The translations under genes were made by a program, and so were the position numbers. From positions 32,001 through 96,000 of the IMG/VR virus record IMGVR_UViG_3300027815_000003: 64,000 bases of DNA; one strand, 5' to 3'. Position 1 is the stretch's first letter. Each line of letters opens with the position of its first letter. Source of the stretch: a virus. The notes under the pieces are model-generated. The model worked only from the letters and a program-made list of their open reading frames with translations, had not been told where the DNA came from and did no database searches. Below are positions 9,559 to 20,200 of this stretch, one piece after another.

Positions 9559-10296
9559 TTATTCTTTTACCTCTTCTTTTTTATTTTCTATTATTTTCCC
9601 TTGTTTTTGTAATTCTAGCCTTATAAGAAAATCAATTATTTTTGTTACATCTTTTTCATTTAGAATTTCATCTGGGACTTGGGATAAAACATTAAGAGCA
9701 TTTACAATTCTATTTGCCAATTGAACACTTTTTTCATCTCTCCCAACTAAAAACTCATCATATCCAGTAATCTTTATATACGGTGCATCCCCACCAACAA
9801 ACATTGGTTTCATGTAAAAAGAAGCCAATTGACTTTTTGTAAAAATAAGTTTATCTAAAACTTCATTTACATTATTTGTTTTTGTAGAAACTATATTATT
9901 GTCAATATCCACAGAAGCCATTTCTTCTTGTATATTATATATCATCTCAAATGTTTTATCTTTACTTACTATATTATACATAACTAAAGTATCTGAAAAT
10001 GAATTTCCAGATGTAAGACAAAAATCAAACCATTCTTTGATTTTGTTTTTTAATAAAATAGAATCTATCTTTTTGACTAAAACAATTTGATATGGAGAAA
10101 ATCCTTGCGGTTGTAAATTAGAATAACTATTTTGTTCTTGCTGTTGACCTTGTAAGTTATTAATAAAATTTTGTCTTACTTCAAATGGATCAGTTCCCTC
10201 ATCAACAACTCTAGGCTGCACAGCAGCGTTTTGTGGGCCACCAGTTACAGCTAAACGTTTCTTTAATAATTGTTCTTTTAGTAATTCTATATCCAC
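9559..10296 (-). CDS. hypothetical protein
   Basis: 245-aa ORF, no recognised motif. Confidence 0.65.
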   Translation of the reverse strand: MDIELLKEQLLKKRLAVTGGPQNAAVQPRVVDEGTDPFEVRQNFINNLQGQQQEQNSYSNLQPQGFSPYQIVLVKKIDSILLKNKIKEWFDFCLTSGNSFSDTLVMYNIVSKDKTFEMIYNIQEEMASVDIDNNIVSTKTNNVNEVLDKLIFTKSQLASFYMKPMFVGGDAPYIKITGYDEFLVGRDEKSVQLANRIVNALNVLSQVPDEILNEKDVTKIIDFLIRLELQKQGKIIENKKEEVKE

Positions 10297-10318
10297 ATTA
10301 TTTCCTTTTCTTTATTTA

Positions 10319-10612
10319 TCATTTCTTTATTAAGAGTATACTTACGCTATTTTCTTTTATACTTGGACTTCCTGCTACCTTTGCGAACAATACAATTTTA
10401 CCCATTATATTATCATAACATAATTTAAGATTATTTGCGATTCTATCTCTTTGTGTTATAACAAGATTTATCTCACAATCTTTTTCTAACAATTGTTGTA
10501 TTTTTTTTATTTTTATTTCTAGATCGTGATTAAAAATACGACTTGAAATTTGAATTTCTTTACGTTTTTTAGTTTTTTGTCTTGGTGTCTGTACTATTAC
10601 TGACTGTTCCAT
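10319..10612 (-). CDS. translation initiation factor IF3 C-terminal-domain-like protein
   Basis: KEIQISSRIFNHDLEIKIKKIQQLLEKDCEINLVI..AKVAGSPSIKENSVSILL resembles the IF3-C pattern KEIKF....HD..K...FL..G..VKV. Confidence 0.7.
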   Translation of the reverse strand: MEQSVIVQTPRQKTKKRKEIQISSRIFNHDLEIKIKKIQQLLEKDCEINLVITQRDRIANNLKLCYDNIMGKIVLFAKVAGSPSIKENSVSILLIKK

Positions 10613-10970
10613 GTTCTCCTTTCTTTATTTGTTCTTTATAATAATTTTCCAAAGAATTAATAGAATCACTATATTTTCCTTTTAATAACTTTAATTCTTC
10701 TGTCTCTTGTGGCTTATTATTTGTTGCCATCCCAATATTTACTTGTTGTTTCATATCCGAACATTCCCACCAAGCATCACACAATTCTTTAAATCCAGAA
10801 ACATTCATTCTTTCTATTAAATTTTTTCTATCTTGTTCTATTCTTTCAATATCTTTTTTCTGTTCATTTTCCCAATTTATTCTCATGCGAGAATAAAGAA
10901 CATCATAAATTTTTTTATTCTTTAATGCGCTATTTCTTATCCATTTTATATTAAATATTTTCTCTAACAT
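10569..10970 (-). CDS. hypothetical protein
   Basis: ORF track. Confidence 0.55.
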   Translation of the reverse strand: MLEKIFNIKWIRNSALKNKKIYDVLYSRMRINWENEQKKDIERIEQDRKNLIERMNVSGFKELCDAWWECSDMKQQVNIGMATNNKPQETEELKLLKGKYSDSINSLENYYKEQIKKGEHGTVSNSTDTKTKN

Positions 10971-10988
10971 TTCCTATATCCTTTCTTA

Positions 10989-12659
10989 TTATTTTGATAA
11001 ATCCCTAAAGACTCTCTTTATTTTTTCTACATCATGTGGCTTATCTTTCTCGTCATAATTATTAGTTACAATGTTCGCATTCGGAAAATTATGCTTAAAT
11101 GGTTTACTAAAATCCTCTTCTTTTACATCTGGCATCCCCAATTCTTTTCTAAACTGTTCAAATTTCTCCATCCTACTTTCGTGGTCTTTTAGAATATTCC
11201 TTTCTTTTTCTTTTTTCTGTTTTTGTATCATTTCATTAAATACCTCTAAGGCATTTTTTGACATATCTATTGTCCCTCCATTTTTTATGTTCAGATTTTC
11301 TGAAACATCTACATAACTATTTGATTCATCAATACCAATAGGCTCTAATATTACTCTAAAAATAGGGATTTCTTCCCCAGTCATTAATTCTTCACTTAAT
11401 ATTTCTATCGGTATTTCTCCGTCTATTTCTTCTCTTATTTCACTTATTATATTTTCAATTAAAGAATTTGTTCTATCTGTTTTTATAATTATCTTAGGTG
11501 TTTCAGAATCATCTAAATAAACATAAAATCCTGGAACTTCTAAACCATGTTCACTAATTACATCTACTATTTCATCAATACTTATCTCTGTTTTTTCTTC
11601 TTGATTGTCATCACTTTTTATAATATTAAAAACAGCACCTTCATTCGCTGGATGAGAACATATACTCAATTCAAGGAGATCTAGTCCGCCAACTTTTGAA
11701 TAACTTTTCCCATTTTTTTCTATTTTTTCAATATCTTTTCCACTTCCAGCTATAGAATAAGAGCGTAATGACCCATTTTCTATTTCTTCTCTTACTTTTT
11801 TAGAAATAGAAACATCGTCACGTATCTCCCCTATACACCAAAGTTGTTTATCATCAACACCAGATTTATAAATATACCCACTTTTTGATATATATGCAGG
11901 TAAAACCCATCCACATTGAGCGTCAGAATGGAGAATATTTAAATTTCTACCTCTAAAATTTAACATAAAACGACGGAAAGCATCATCTAATACTTCAGTT
12001 GGGATTAGATGTCCTTCTTTATCAATCATTTCTACTGATGCTGGACCACCAATTACAAGAGGTTCACTCCCTGGTTGATCTAAGCCCATTTTTATAACCG
12101 CTTGTGCATATTTAGGTTCATCTGGATAAAATCTAAATAACGTTAATAATTCCGCTTTTGAAATAAGTCCAGCTTTAAATAAATTTTCATATTCTTTTAT
12201 TGCTGGAAGAATATCTTCTTTTATTGTACGCCCTACATGCTTTTCTTGTTTTTCTAGTTGAACAAATCCAGTATCTTCAGTAAAAAATGCATTAAAATAA
12301 CCTCTATTTACTTGTCTTACTGGACTTATTGCATCATTCCCAGCTAAAGCATCTAATTCTTTCTTTATAAATACATAATCTGCAGATGGATAAATTTTTT
12401 GTAAAATTTCTTCTCCGCCCTGATGAATAGCATGTGCTACAGAATCTATAGCAAGACTAGCATTTAAATTACTCGGAACTGATTCTACGAAATTTTTCTT
12501 TATTTCATGCGATTTGTTATGTTGTTTACAAATAAAATCTGGGATATTTCCTATTCTATTTTGTAAATCCCAATAAAGGTCAATAATTTCTTCATCTCTT
12601 ACTATTTTATTAGAAGCAATTTGCTTATAAATTCTAACAAATGAATTAGCGTTACTCAT
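10989..12659 (-). CDS. prohead (maturation) protease with N- and C-terminal extensions
   Basis: GGPASVEMIDKEGH, NILHSD, SYSIAG, LELSICSHPANEGAVF. Confidence 0.8.
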   Translation of the reverse strand: MSNANSFVRIYKQIASNKIVRDEEIIDLYWDLQNRIGNIPDFICKQHNKSHEIKKNFVESVPSNLNASLAIDSVAHAIHQGGEEILQKIYPSADYVFIKKELDALAGNDAISPVRQVNRGYFNAFFTEDTGFVQLEKQEKHVGRTIKEDILPAIKEYENLFKAGLISKAELLTLFRFYPDEPKYAQAVIKMGLDQPGSEPLVIGGPASVEMIDKEGHLIPTEVLDDAFRRFMLNFRGRNLNILHSDAQCGWVLPAYISKSGYIYKSGVDDKQLWCIGEIRDDVSISKKVREEIENGSLRSYSIAGSGKDIEKIEKNGKSYSKVGGLDLLELSICSHPANEGAVFNIIKSDDNQEEKTEISIDEIVDVISEHGLEVPGFYVYLDDSETPKIIIKTDRTNSLIENIISEIREEIDGEIPIEILSEELMTGEEIPIFRVILEPIGIDESNSYVDVSENLNIKNGGTIDMSKNALEVFNEMIQKQKKEKERNILKDHESRMEKFEQFRKELGMPDVKEEDFSKPFKHNFPNANIVTNNYDEKDKPHDVEKIKRVFRDLSK

Positions 12660-12749
12660 ATTTATTTTTGGGGGGCATTACAATTTGGACATATAAATAC
12701 CCCATCTTTAATCCTCCATGTACTCAAATGATTTTTTTGAGTACATTTA

Positions 12750-13400
12750 TTACAGGTTTTGTACATTATTTCCCAACATTGTTTTCATAGTTTCTCTGTC
12801 CATTATTTTGTCTGCAAGACCATAAGAAATAGTTTGGGATGCGTCAAAATAAGATTCATCAAGTAAATCTTTTTCTATTTGTTTTTTGGTTCTAATGATT
12901 CCATTTTCTAACATAACATTGACTAAAGAATCAGTTAAAATTCTTAAGTCTTTTGTTATTTTGTCCATTTTTTTAACATTTCCACCCTCAGTATGTGTAA
13001 TTTGGGGAAAATGCACCATTGACCATGAATTTTTAAAAATATACCTATGTCCAGGCTCCCCAGCAAGCAATAAAAATGCACCCATAGATAAACACATCCT
13101 ACCAATGGTATAAATTGGTGCTTGTGACGTTTTCATAGCATCATATAATATCATTCCTTGATTCACATCACCGCCAGGACTATTTATTATTAACCAAATA
13201 GGATCATTAGAAATCATATTTAATGCCATAATTGTATCGGCAATTACAGGCGCATTAAATATATCTTGTCTACTGTAATATTCTGGTGAACTATGACTTC
13301 CAACGATAGGGCCATCTAAAAATAGAATACGTTTTTCACCAAGAACCTCATAAAGTCCTTTAAGTTGATCCTGTCTTTCATTTCTCGTACCAAATATCAT
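12750..13400 (-). CDS. clpP: ClpP-like protease subunit
   Basis: INSPGG, CLSMGAFLL (catalytic Ser), MVHFP, YGLADKI. Confidence 0.88.
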   Translation of the reverse strand: MIFGTRNERQDQLKGLYEVLGEKRILFLDGPIVGSHSSPEYYSRQDIFNAPVIADTIMALNMISNDPIWLIINSPGGDVNQGMILYDAMKTSQAPIYTIGRMCLSMGAFLLLAGEPGHRYIFKNSWSMVHFPQITHTEGGNVKKMDKITKDLRILTDSLVNVMLENGIIRTKKQIEKDLLDESYFDASQTISYGLADKIMDRETMKTMLGNNVQNL

Positions 13401-13427
13401 TAATTATTTTCCCTTTCTTTCTTCTAT

Positions 13428-13658
13428 TTATTTTACAAACTTATTTAGAAATTCTTCTTCAAAACCATAAAGTTTTGAATTTAATAATGTCCTTACACTC
13501 GTCCATTGTCTATCATTGGTTGTTTCTGGAATAGAAGCCTGAACCACTTCTAAAATTTCTCTTATTAAATCTCTATAACGATAATCAAATTTTTCTTGAT
13601 TTTCAGTTGTTATTAAATGTGCTAATGAACTTGGTTTTTTCTTTCTTTCTTCTACCAT
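13428..13658 (-). CDS. hypothetical protein
   Basis: ORF track. Confidence 0.55.
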   Translation of the reverse strand: MVEERKKKPSSLAHLITTENQEKFDYRYRDLIREILEVVQASIPETTNDRQWTSVRTLLNSKLYGFEEEFLNKFVK

Positions 13659-13673
13659 ATTATCTACTCCTTT

Positions 13674-14171
13674 TTATTTTAATCCTGCTTTAAGATTTTT
13701 TCTTAAATCTTTTATAAAACTCTGAAACCCTTCTTGTATCGCCCTAGTTAGGAAAAATTTACCTTCTATTTTGGGCCATTTACTTATTACTCTGAACAGT
13801 GTTTTTCCACCTAGATGTAGTGGGATTAATCTTTTATTTTTATATGTTACTGTATATCCTGGGATTACAGATTCAGCTATTCTTACCCCATCCTTTCTAA
13901 GATAACCTTTTCTTTTATGAGATTTAACATTTATGGTCTGATTACCTTTTATCTTTCTTTCTGGTCTCCCAAATTCTTGTGTTGCAGCATACGGAGAATT
14001 ATAATTAATAATAGCACCATTGCTTATTACTGTATATGAACCACTTTTTTTAAGTTTTCCAGATTTTTCTGGTACATTTTGTTGTGACAAGTAAAATATA
14101 TTTTGACTTGTATTTTGTACAGTAGAAATAACTACCTCTCTTATTAATTTAATCAATTCTCTATTATTCAT
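13674..14171 (-). CDS. HK97 gp10-like head/neck protein
   Basis: VPEKSGKLKKSG..YNSPYAATQEFG..FFLTRA. Confidence 0.6.
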   Translation of the reverse strand: MNNRELIKLIREVVISTVQNTSQNIFYLSQQNVPEKSGKLKKSGSYTVISNGAIINYNSPYAATQEFGRPERKIKGNQTINVKSHKRKGYLRKDGVRIAESVIPGYTVTYKNKRLIPLHLGGKTLFRVISKWPKIEGKFFLTRAIQEGFQSFIKDLRKNLKAGLK

Positions 14172-14280
14172 TATATATATTATATCATATATTTATAAAT
14201 ATAAAATAGTTTTTTATCATATTATACTTTTCGCCCAAACAGAATCTATTCCCATAGGTAATCCCAAATCTTTTCTACTG

Positions 14281-15207
14281 TTATAAACCAGAATTATACG
14301 GTAAAACAGTCCCATTTCTATCGGTTTTTATATCCCAATTGGGAACAAGATATTGATATATACTTTTAAGCATTTTATAATTTTCTCTGTCTATTTTAAG
14401 AACTCTATTCCCTGTTTCCAAAATAAATTTATCTGTTTTTTCAAAAGACAATTCTTTCCCTTTATAATTGCCCTTGACCTCTATCCATAAATTAATTTTT
14501 TCTATATAGAAATCTGGAATATATGTTATTTCATTTTTTAAAATAAATACCTTTGGTTCATATTCGTAACTTAAATTATTAAATTTAATAATTCTTGCCA
14601 CGTTAGCTTCCCACATACTTCTTACATAATGACCTATATCTATGGCAAAAAACCCTAAAACAACTTTAGATGGTTTACCACCATTTTTACGCCATTCTAA
14701 ATTACCTTCTACCATTTTAGCAATTGAAGCATCAGTTTCTTTAGTTTTACCTTTTCTTGGATGTATTCTTTTACCCGTAGCATATTCTATTATCATTTTT
14801 TCTGATTTATCTATTTTTGATTGTTCAGTCCATTTTCTATCTTTACTTTTTTCACCGACATCTTTTCTCATTTTTTCAGTCCAAATTTTATTCTTATTAC
14901 GATATATTAAATTACACGAATGACATCTAGTAGCTTTAACTCCTATTTTTTTATTACAATCAATACAATTATTTATTTTTGTTTTAATATAATCTTCGCT
15001 TACATTAAATATTCCTAAACTTTTTGATTTGTTATAACATTCCATAGAACAATATCTATTATCTTTAGATTTTACAAAATTATTACAAATTAAACATTTT
15101 CTCATTTGTATTATTTTTAATCTATTATTACAACTTCTACATCTTTTAGATCTAAAATTTATTTCTATATTACAATTTATACAAAAATTTTTAATTTTTT
15201 CTTTCAT
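14281..15207 (-). CDS. free-standing endonuclease: CxxC repeats + PD-(D/E)xK domain
   Basis: RSMWEANVAR..YEYEP..YIPDFYI..WIEVKG. Confidence 0.8.
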   Translation of the reverse strand: MKEKIKNFCINCNIEINFRSKRCRSCNNRLKIIQMRKCLICNNFVKSKDNRYCSMECYNKSKSLGIFNVSEDYIKTKINNCIDCNKKIGVKATRCHSCNLIYRNKNKIWTEKMRKDVGEKSKDRKWTEQSKIDKSEKMIIEYATGKRIHPRKGKTKETDASIAKMVEGNLEWRKNGGKPSKVVLGFFAIDIGHYVRSMWEANVARIIKFNNLSYEYEPKVFILKNEITYIPDFYIEKINLWIEVKGNYKGKELSFEKTDKFILETGNRVLKIDRENYKMLKSIYQYLVPNWDIKTDRNGTVLPYNSGL

Positions 15208-16565
15208 TATTTTATATTATCTGCCCATATGTCTGGTAAAGCATCAACAAATTTATTATTAGACTTATCATATTCTTGTAAATAAATAATCTCTTTATCT
15301 ATATAACCTAAACGTGGATGCCAGGTTGTTAATATTTGTGTGGGTTTTGATATTGTATGTAATTTAGAGAAGGAATATTCATCTCCGCCTTTCATACAAG
15401 GGCAAATAAATAACGTCCCAGTTCCGATATCTATTTCTGAATTATTATGAAAATGGCCCACCATTACACTATCAAAAAATTCAGCCATTACACCCAAAAC
15501 ATCTTGTTCTGTTGCTTTATTCGCAACCAATTTTTCTATTTCATATTCAAGGCCCCTTCTAAACTGGAAAACTTGACGTAATTGTGCAATAGCCCTCAAT
15601 AAACCATAAAAAGGGATCCCGTTCCAGGCTTTAGCAGAATCTCCATGCATAATAAGTATATTTTTCCCAGCGACAGTAAATACATTCAAAAAACTTTTAG
15701 GGATAGAAAAATGTATATTTTTTTGATTTTTACAATAAGCAGCAATCCATTGATATAGTAAATAATCCCAAGAAGAATAAATCTCTTTAGCTGGTGGTTT
15801 TTGAGTCATTCTTCCATGATTCCCTACGACACATGGAACATATACATTTTCATAATTAGAAGAAATATAGACTAACGCCTGACTGATTAAATTAGCCCCT
15901 CGTATCATCTGCCCCATCGCATTATCCGCATTTGTTTTCATTAGCTCTAGATGAATATCCCCACTAATCATATCCCCAAGCATAGGAACATATAAATCTG
16001 GAACATTGGCATAAGTTCTTCTGAAACCAGTAAGCGTCACAACCTCTTCGGCCCATCCCCGTAAACGTTTATTAAAAATATCCATATTATAAGAATTAAG
16101 CCCAGCCATTTCTTCTCTATTTACTTTTTCTCCAATATGAGTATCACTTAATGGGGCTACAATATATTGTTTAGAAGACGCCTTTACTAATTTAGGTGTA
16201 TAAGTAACTGGGATAGAAGGAATAGCATTTGTTACTCTAGTGGCAACATCTATCATTTTATCTATAGCAGCAGCATCTTTTACTAAATTATTATATTGTT
16301 GTTTATAATAAGCTGCTTCATTTCTGGCAGTAACTAAATTTTTATCTAATTCAAACTGATTTTTGGAATTTATAAACTGTTCATTAACTGGTATATTTTC
16401 TTTCCCCTTTCTTTTTTCAAATCCGCCATTAAGCCAATCATTAATTGTACTTTGAGGAATTTTTTCCCCTGTTTCTGTTTCTATCAGTCTAGATAACATA
16501 CGATAGCTCATATGTTCTGTATCACGTTTTTTCTTTAATCCATCTATATACTCTTTAGTAATCAA
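15207..16565 (-). CDS. calcineurin-like metallophosphoesterase with N-terminal HTH
   Basis: SDTHIG, GDMISG, GNHG, HGD, GHFH motifs. Confidence 0.88.
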   Translation of the reverse strand: MITKEYIDGLKKKRDTEHMSYRMLSRLIETETGEKIPQSTINDWLNGGFEKRKGKENIPVNEQFINSKNQFELDKNLVTARNEAAYYKQQYNNLVKDAAAIDKMIDVATRVTNAIPSIPVTYTPKLVKASSKQYIVAPLSDTHIGEKVNREEMAGLNSYNMDIFNKRLRGWAEEVVTLTGFRRTYANVPDLYVPMLGDMISGDIHLELMKTNADNAMGQMIRGANLISQALVYISSNYENVYVPCVVGNHGRMTQKPPAKEIYSSWDYLLYQWIAAYCKNQKNIHFSIPKSFLNVFTVAGKNILIMHGDSAKAWNGIPFYGLLRAIAQLRQVFQFRRGLEYEIEKLVANKATEQDVLGVMAEFFDSVMVGHFHNNSEIDIGTGTLFICPCMKGGDEYSFSKLHTISKPTQILTTWHPRLGYIDKEIIYLQEYDKSNNKFVDALPDIWADNIK

Positions 16566-17287
16566 CTCTTTTTTATCCTTTCAATCTTATAATCATTATC
16601 TATCAGTAAACATAAATCATCATAATCTACCATTTTTGAGATTCTATTTTCATTTTTAGCTACATATAAATAATCTTCTTTTTCATCATCCCAACTTAAA
16701 ACTTCTGACTTCTTTAACATCTTTTTTAGAATTGCATTTATACCATTATACGACACTTTCTCTTTTCTGTCAAATACAAGTTCTAATTCATGCTTTGTCT
16801 CTTCAAACATATCTGATTTTTGCATTTTAGATAGTGAATCTTCCATAAGTCTTTTTGTTGGTTCTTCTGGTAATATTTTATTTGTTATTATAAAAAATAT
16901 TATATTATCTTTTTGTTTTTGATCTATCAAATCCCAAAAATCTTTTCTTTCCATTGTTTTTAATCTTTCATAATAATCTGGGAATTCCTTAAGATGCGCT
17001 AAAGCAATTTTAGCTACCATAACCAAATCATCTCCAACAACATCTTTATGTTCTGTTTCTATTTCTATCCCGTTTTTTAGTTGTTCTTTATTTATAACAT
17101 TCCAATCTATTCCTAAAACATCACCAACATATTCTAAATCTTCTATTGTAATATTATTTATAGATTTTTCAATTTGGGTATCTTCTTTTTGACCTAATAA
17201 TTGTTCAAAAAAAGATTGTTCAAAATTAGGATCATTTAATTCTTCAAACAAATAAGAAGAATTTTCATTAGATTTTTGTTGTTGCAT
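16562..17287 (-). CDS. DUF5661-containing protein
   Basis: QLKNGIEIETEH..KIALAHLKEFPDYYERL. Confidence 0.7.
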   Translation of the reverse strand: MQQQKSNENSSYLFEELNDPNFEQSFFEQLLGQKEDTQIEKSINNITIEDLEYVGDVLGIDWNVINKEQLKNGIEIETEHKDVVGDDLVMVAKIALAHLKEFPDYYERLKTMERKDFWDLIDQKQKDNIIFFIITNKILPEEPTKRLMEDSLSKMQKSDMFEETKHELELVFDRKEKVSYNGINAILKKMLKKSEVLSWDDEKEDYLYVAKNENRISKMVDYDDLCLLIDNDYKIERIKKS

Positions 17288-20200
17288 TTTTTCTCTCCCT
17301 ATATTGTTTCCCTATTCTATATCCCTCATTATCATCGCTAAGAATTTTTCTCCCTCTCCAGGGTGTATTTAATAACCATGCTTTCCCTATATGTTTACCC
17401 CATTGTGTTTTTGTGGGATTCCAAGAAGCAAATTCCCAAGAATGTGTAAAATTTCCAACTTCTTTAATCATTTTCTCAAATTGTACCTGATTTATAATAT
17501 TTTTTGATAATTTAATTCTTAATGTTTTAATAAAATGATTTTTTATCTTATCTAGATTATATTTACTAACAAAATCATATCCTTGTAATGCCCAAGCATA
17601 ACAACCTATTTCATCTGTATCTAAATCTATTGCATAAACACCGTTTTTTTTATATTCATCTTCCATACTATCCAATAATTTACTTGATATTCCTTTGCCC
17701 TGATAAGATTTTAAAAGACTTAATTGATCGTGTTTTATTATTATTCTTTGTATTCCTTTATTATCTAATTCTCTACTAAATGTTCTTACCATACTACCAA
17801 ATGGGCCACCACTAGAAGGTGTTCGTTCTTTAGTATTATCAAGTAAATCAAAAGAAATACTCATTTCTACATCTAAACTATTTGTTAATTGCGTCATTTC
17901 AACATCTACGTTGTCCATATTGGAGGCAAACATATTTTGTATCGTATCTAATCCCCAGTTTCCTTTTGAAAAACTTCGTATATCTTTGTCATACATACTT
18001 TTAGATGTTTGTAATGTACTATGTAACTGTACAGGTTTCTTCTTTGGTTCTTCTGTTTTTACACTTTCTTCTTTATATTTTTCTGCTTCTTCTGGTAAAA
18101 CCCATCTATCTGGGTGTTGCCAATCTCCGCTTTGTGGGACAAGTCCTGGTCTTGGCGGATTTTGATTTTCTATTTTTTCTTCGCTACCATCTTCTATTAA
18201 ATCTGGTAAATTTGGATTAAATATTCCAACACCTTTAGGGTCTATAAATATTTTCTTATTATCTTCGGATTTTAATATACCAGTAGATAAAAATACATCA
18301 TCTGCATCCCTAAAATACTCAAATATTTCATGCACAGCATCATACATCTGTCTATTTCTTTTTTGGAAATGTTTATTTTGTGTTACAAAAGAAGCATAAC
18401 ATTCTGCAAAAAATTCATAAGCATCTTCTCTTGCATAATCTGTAGGAAAACCAGAATCAGTATTAATACAATGATCATAAATAGACTCTATCTTATCAAA
18501 ATATCTATCTTTAACTTGTCTTCCTACTGTACCATGTAATAGAGAATGCCCTATTTCATGTATTAAATCAAATGAATCTGCACCTTTACTTAACCGAATA
18601 CTATTATTGTCTGGATAATATATTCCAGAAATAGATTTTATTCCTTTACCTAAATTTTTAACCACATCCTCTTCATTATCTAACCAATATTCATTACTTA
18701 TACTTATTTTTGATATTTTTAATAAATGACTGGCTGGTGGGCCACCACTTATTATATTTTTATAATGTGGCCCATTAAACATATCTTTAGAAAAATCATC
18801 AACAACAAGTTGTTTATAAAGAGTTTTTCTTCTCTCTAATTCAAATTCACTTGGTTTAAATAAATCCCCTCTATTTTGGACTTCTCCAGTTTTTCCTTGT
18901 TTTTCTTTCTGTTCTTCAAACCATCTTTGATGAAAATCTACACTAACTGGATGTAAAGGGAAAATCATATTCCCATCTGGATGATTTTGTGGATGTTCTT
19001 CGTGTGTGTGTTGTGCTAATTTACCACTTGTTTCATGTTTAAAGGCAGAAGTAAGAGTCCTAATAGGATTGAAATTTTTAGGAGTAAATTGTTTTTCAAT
19101 TTGCTCATCTTTTCCTAAATTTGGCAATCCCTCTTCAAATCTACCAACACCTTTTGGATCACCAATAGATTCTTTTTCTTTATTTTCTGATTTTGCAATA
19201 CCAAAATTCAAATAATTATCATCAATCCCTTTCATGTGTTCAAATACTTTTTCCATGAAAAGAAATGCTTTATAGTTTCTATCTTTAAATGAAGTTTTTG
19301 AAGTCAAATACGAAGCGTAACATTCGGCAAAAAATTCTCTTTCATTTGTTTTAGAATAATTAGACGGGAAACCCATATTTCTATCTGACGCTTCTTCAAA
19401 TAATTTATGATTTTCTTCCATCAAATCCATCCCTAAAATTCTTCCAATAGTAGAAAGATGGACTGCATGACCTATTTCATGGATTAAAGAAAAATAATCT
19501 GCATCACCATAAAGTTCTATACCATTATTTATAGGATGAAAAAATCCGATATATTGCATCTTTTTAATTTCACCTTTATAGATTCCAACTTCTTTTTCAA
19601 CAAAATCATTTGGATTTAATGATATCCCAGTGAATTTATGTAAATGGTCTGACGGAACCCAGGAAATAATAGCATCGTAGTTTTTGTCATAAAAAACTCT
19701 TTTATCCTGGTCTTGTATTTTATTTTCAAGAATATCTCTTCTTCTCCCTATTTCAAAGTCTTCGGTGTTTCCGTCCTTATCATATCTTTTTTCTGTAATA
19801 TGATGATCTAATTTATAATCATCATTTGACGGGACACCAAAATTAAAAACAGGACTATCTTGTGGTCTCACATTATTTTCTACTTTTCTAAAAAATATAT
19901 TCTCATCTTTAGTTAAATAAATATGATAGGTATCTCCATTAAAACCAAATGGTACAACTAATACTCGTTCTTGTTCATTTATACCAAAATCTTTATCATT
20001 TTTAGGATAATAAAATTGATAGTCCCAAGTAGCCGCGTTAAATATTCTTTCTTTTATTATAGTTTTGTCTAATTCTGAGAGATCAGTTTTATTTCCTATA
20101 AAATCTACTACTTTATTAAATAACCAATTAATTGGTAATTTTTGCTCACCATTATTTTTATACCTTAACTTATTTTTTTCTTCAAATCTTCTTAAAGATT

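Noticed and set aside
14281-15207. Sixth copy of the RHH cassette
   Set aside because: No RHH gene or promoter spacer; it is directly coupled to the phosphoesterase stop and has a different N-terminus.
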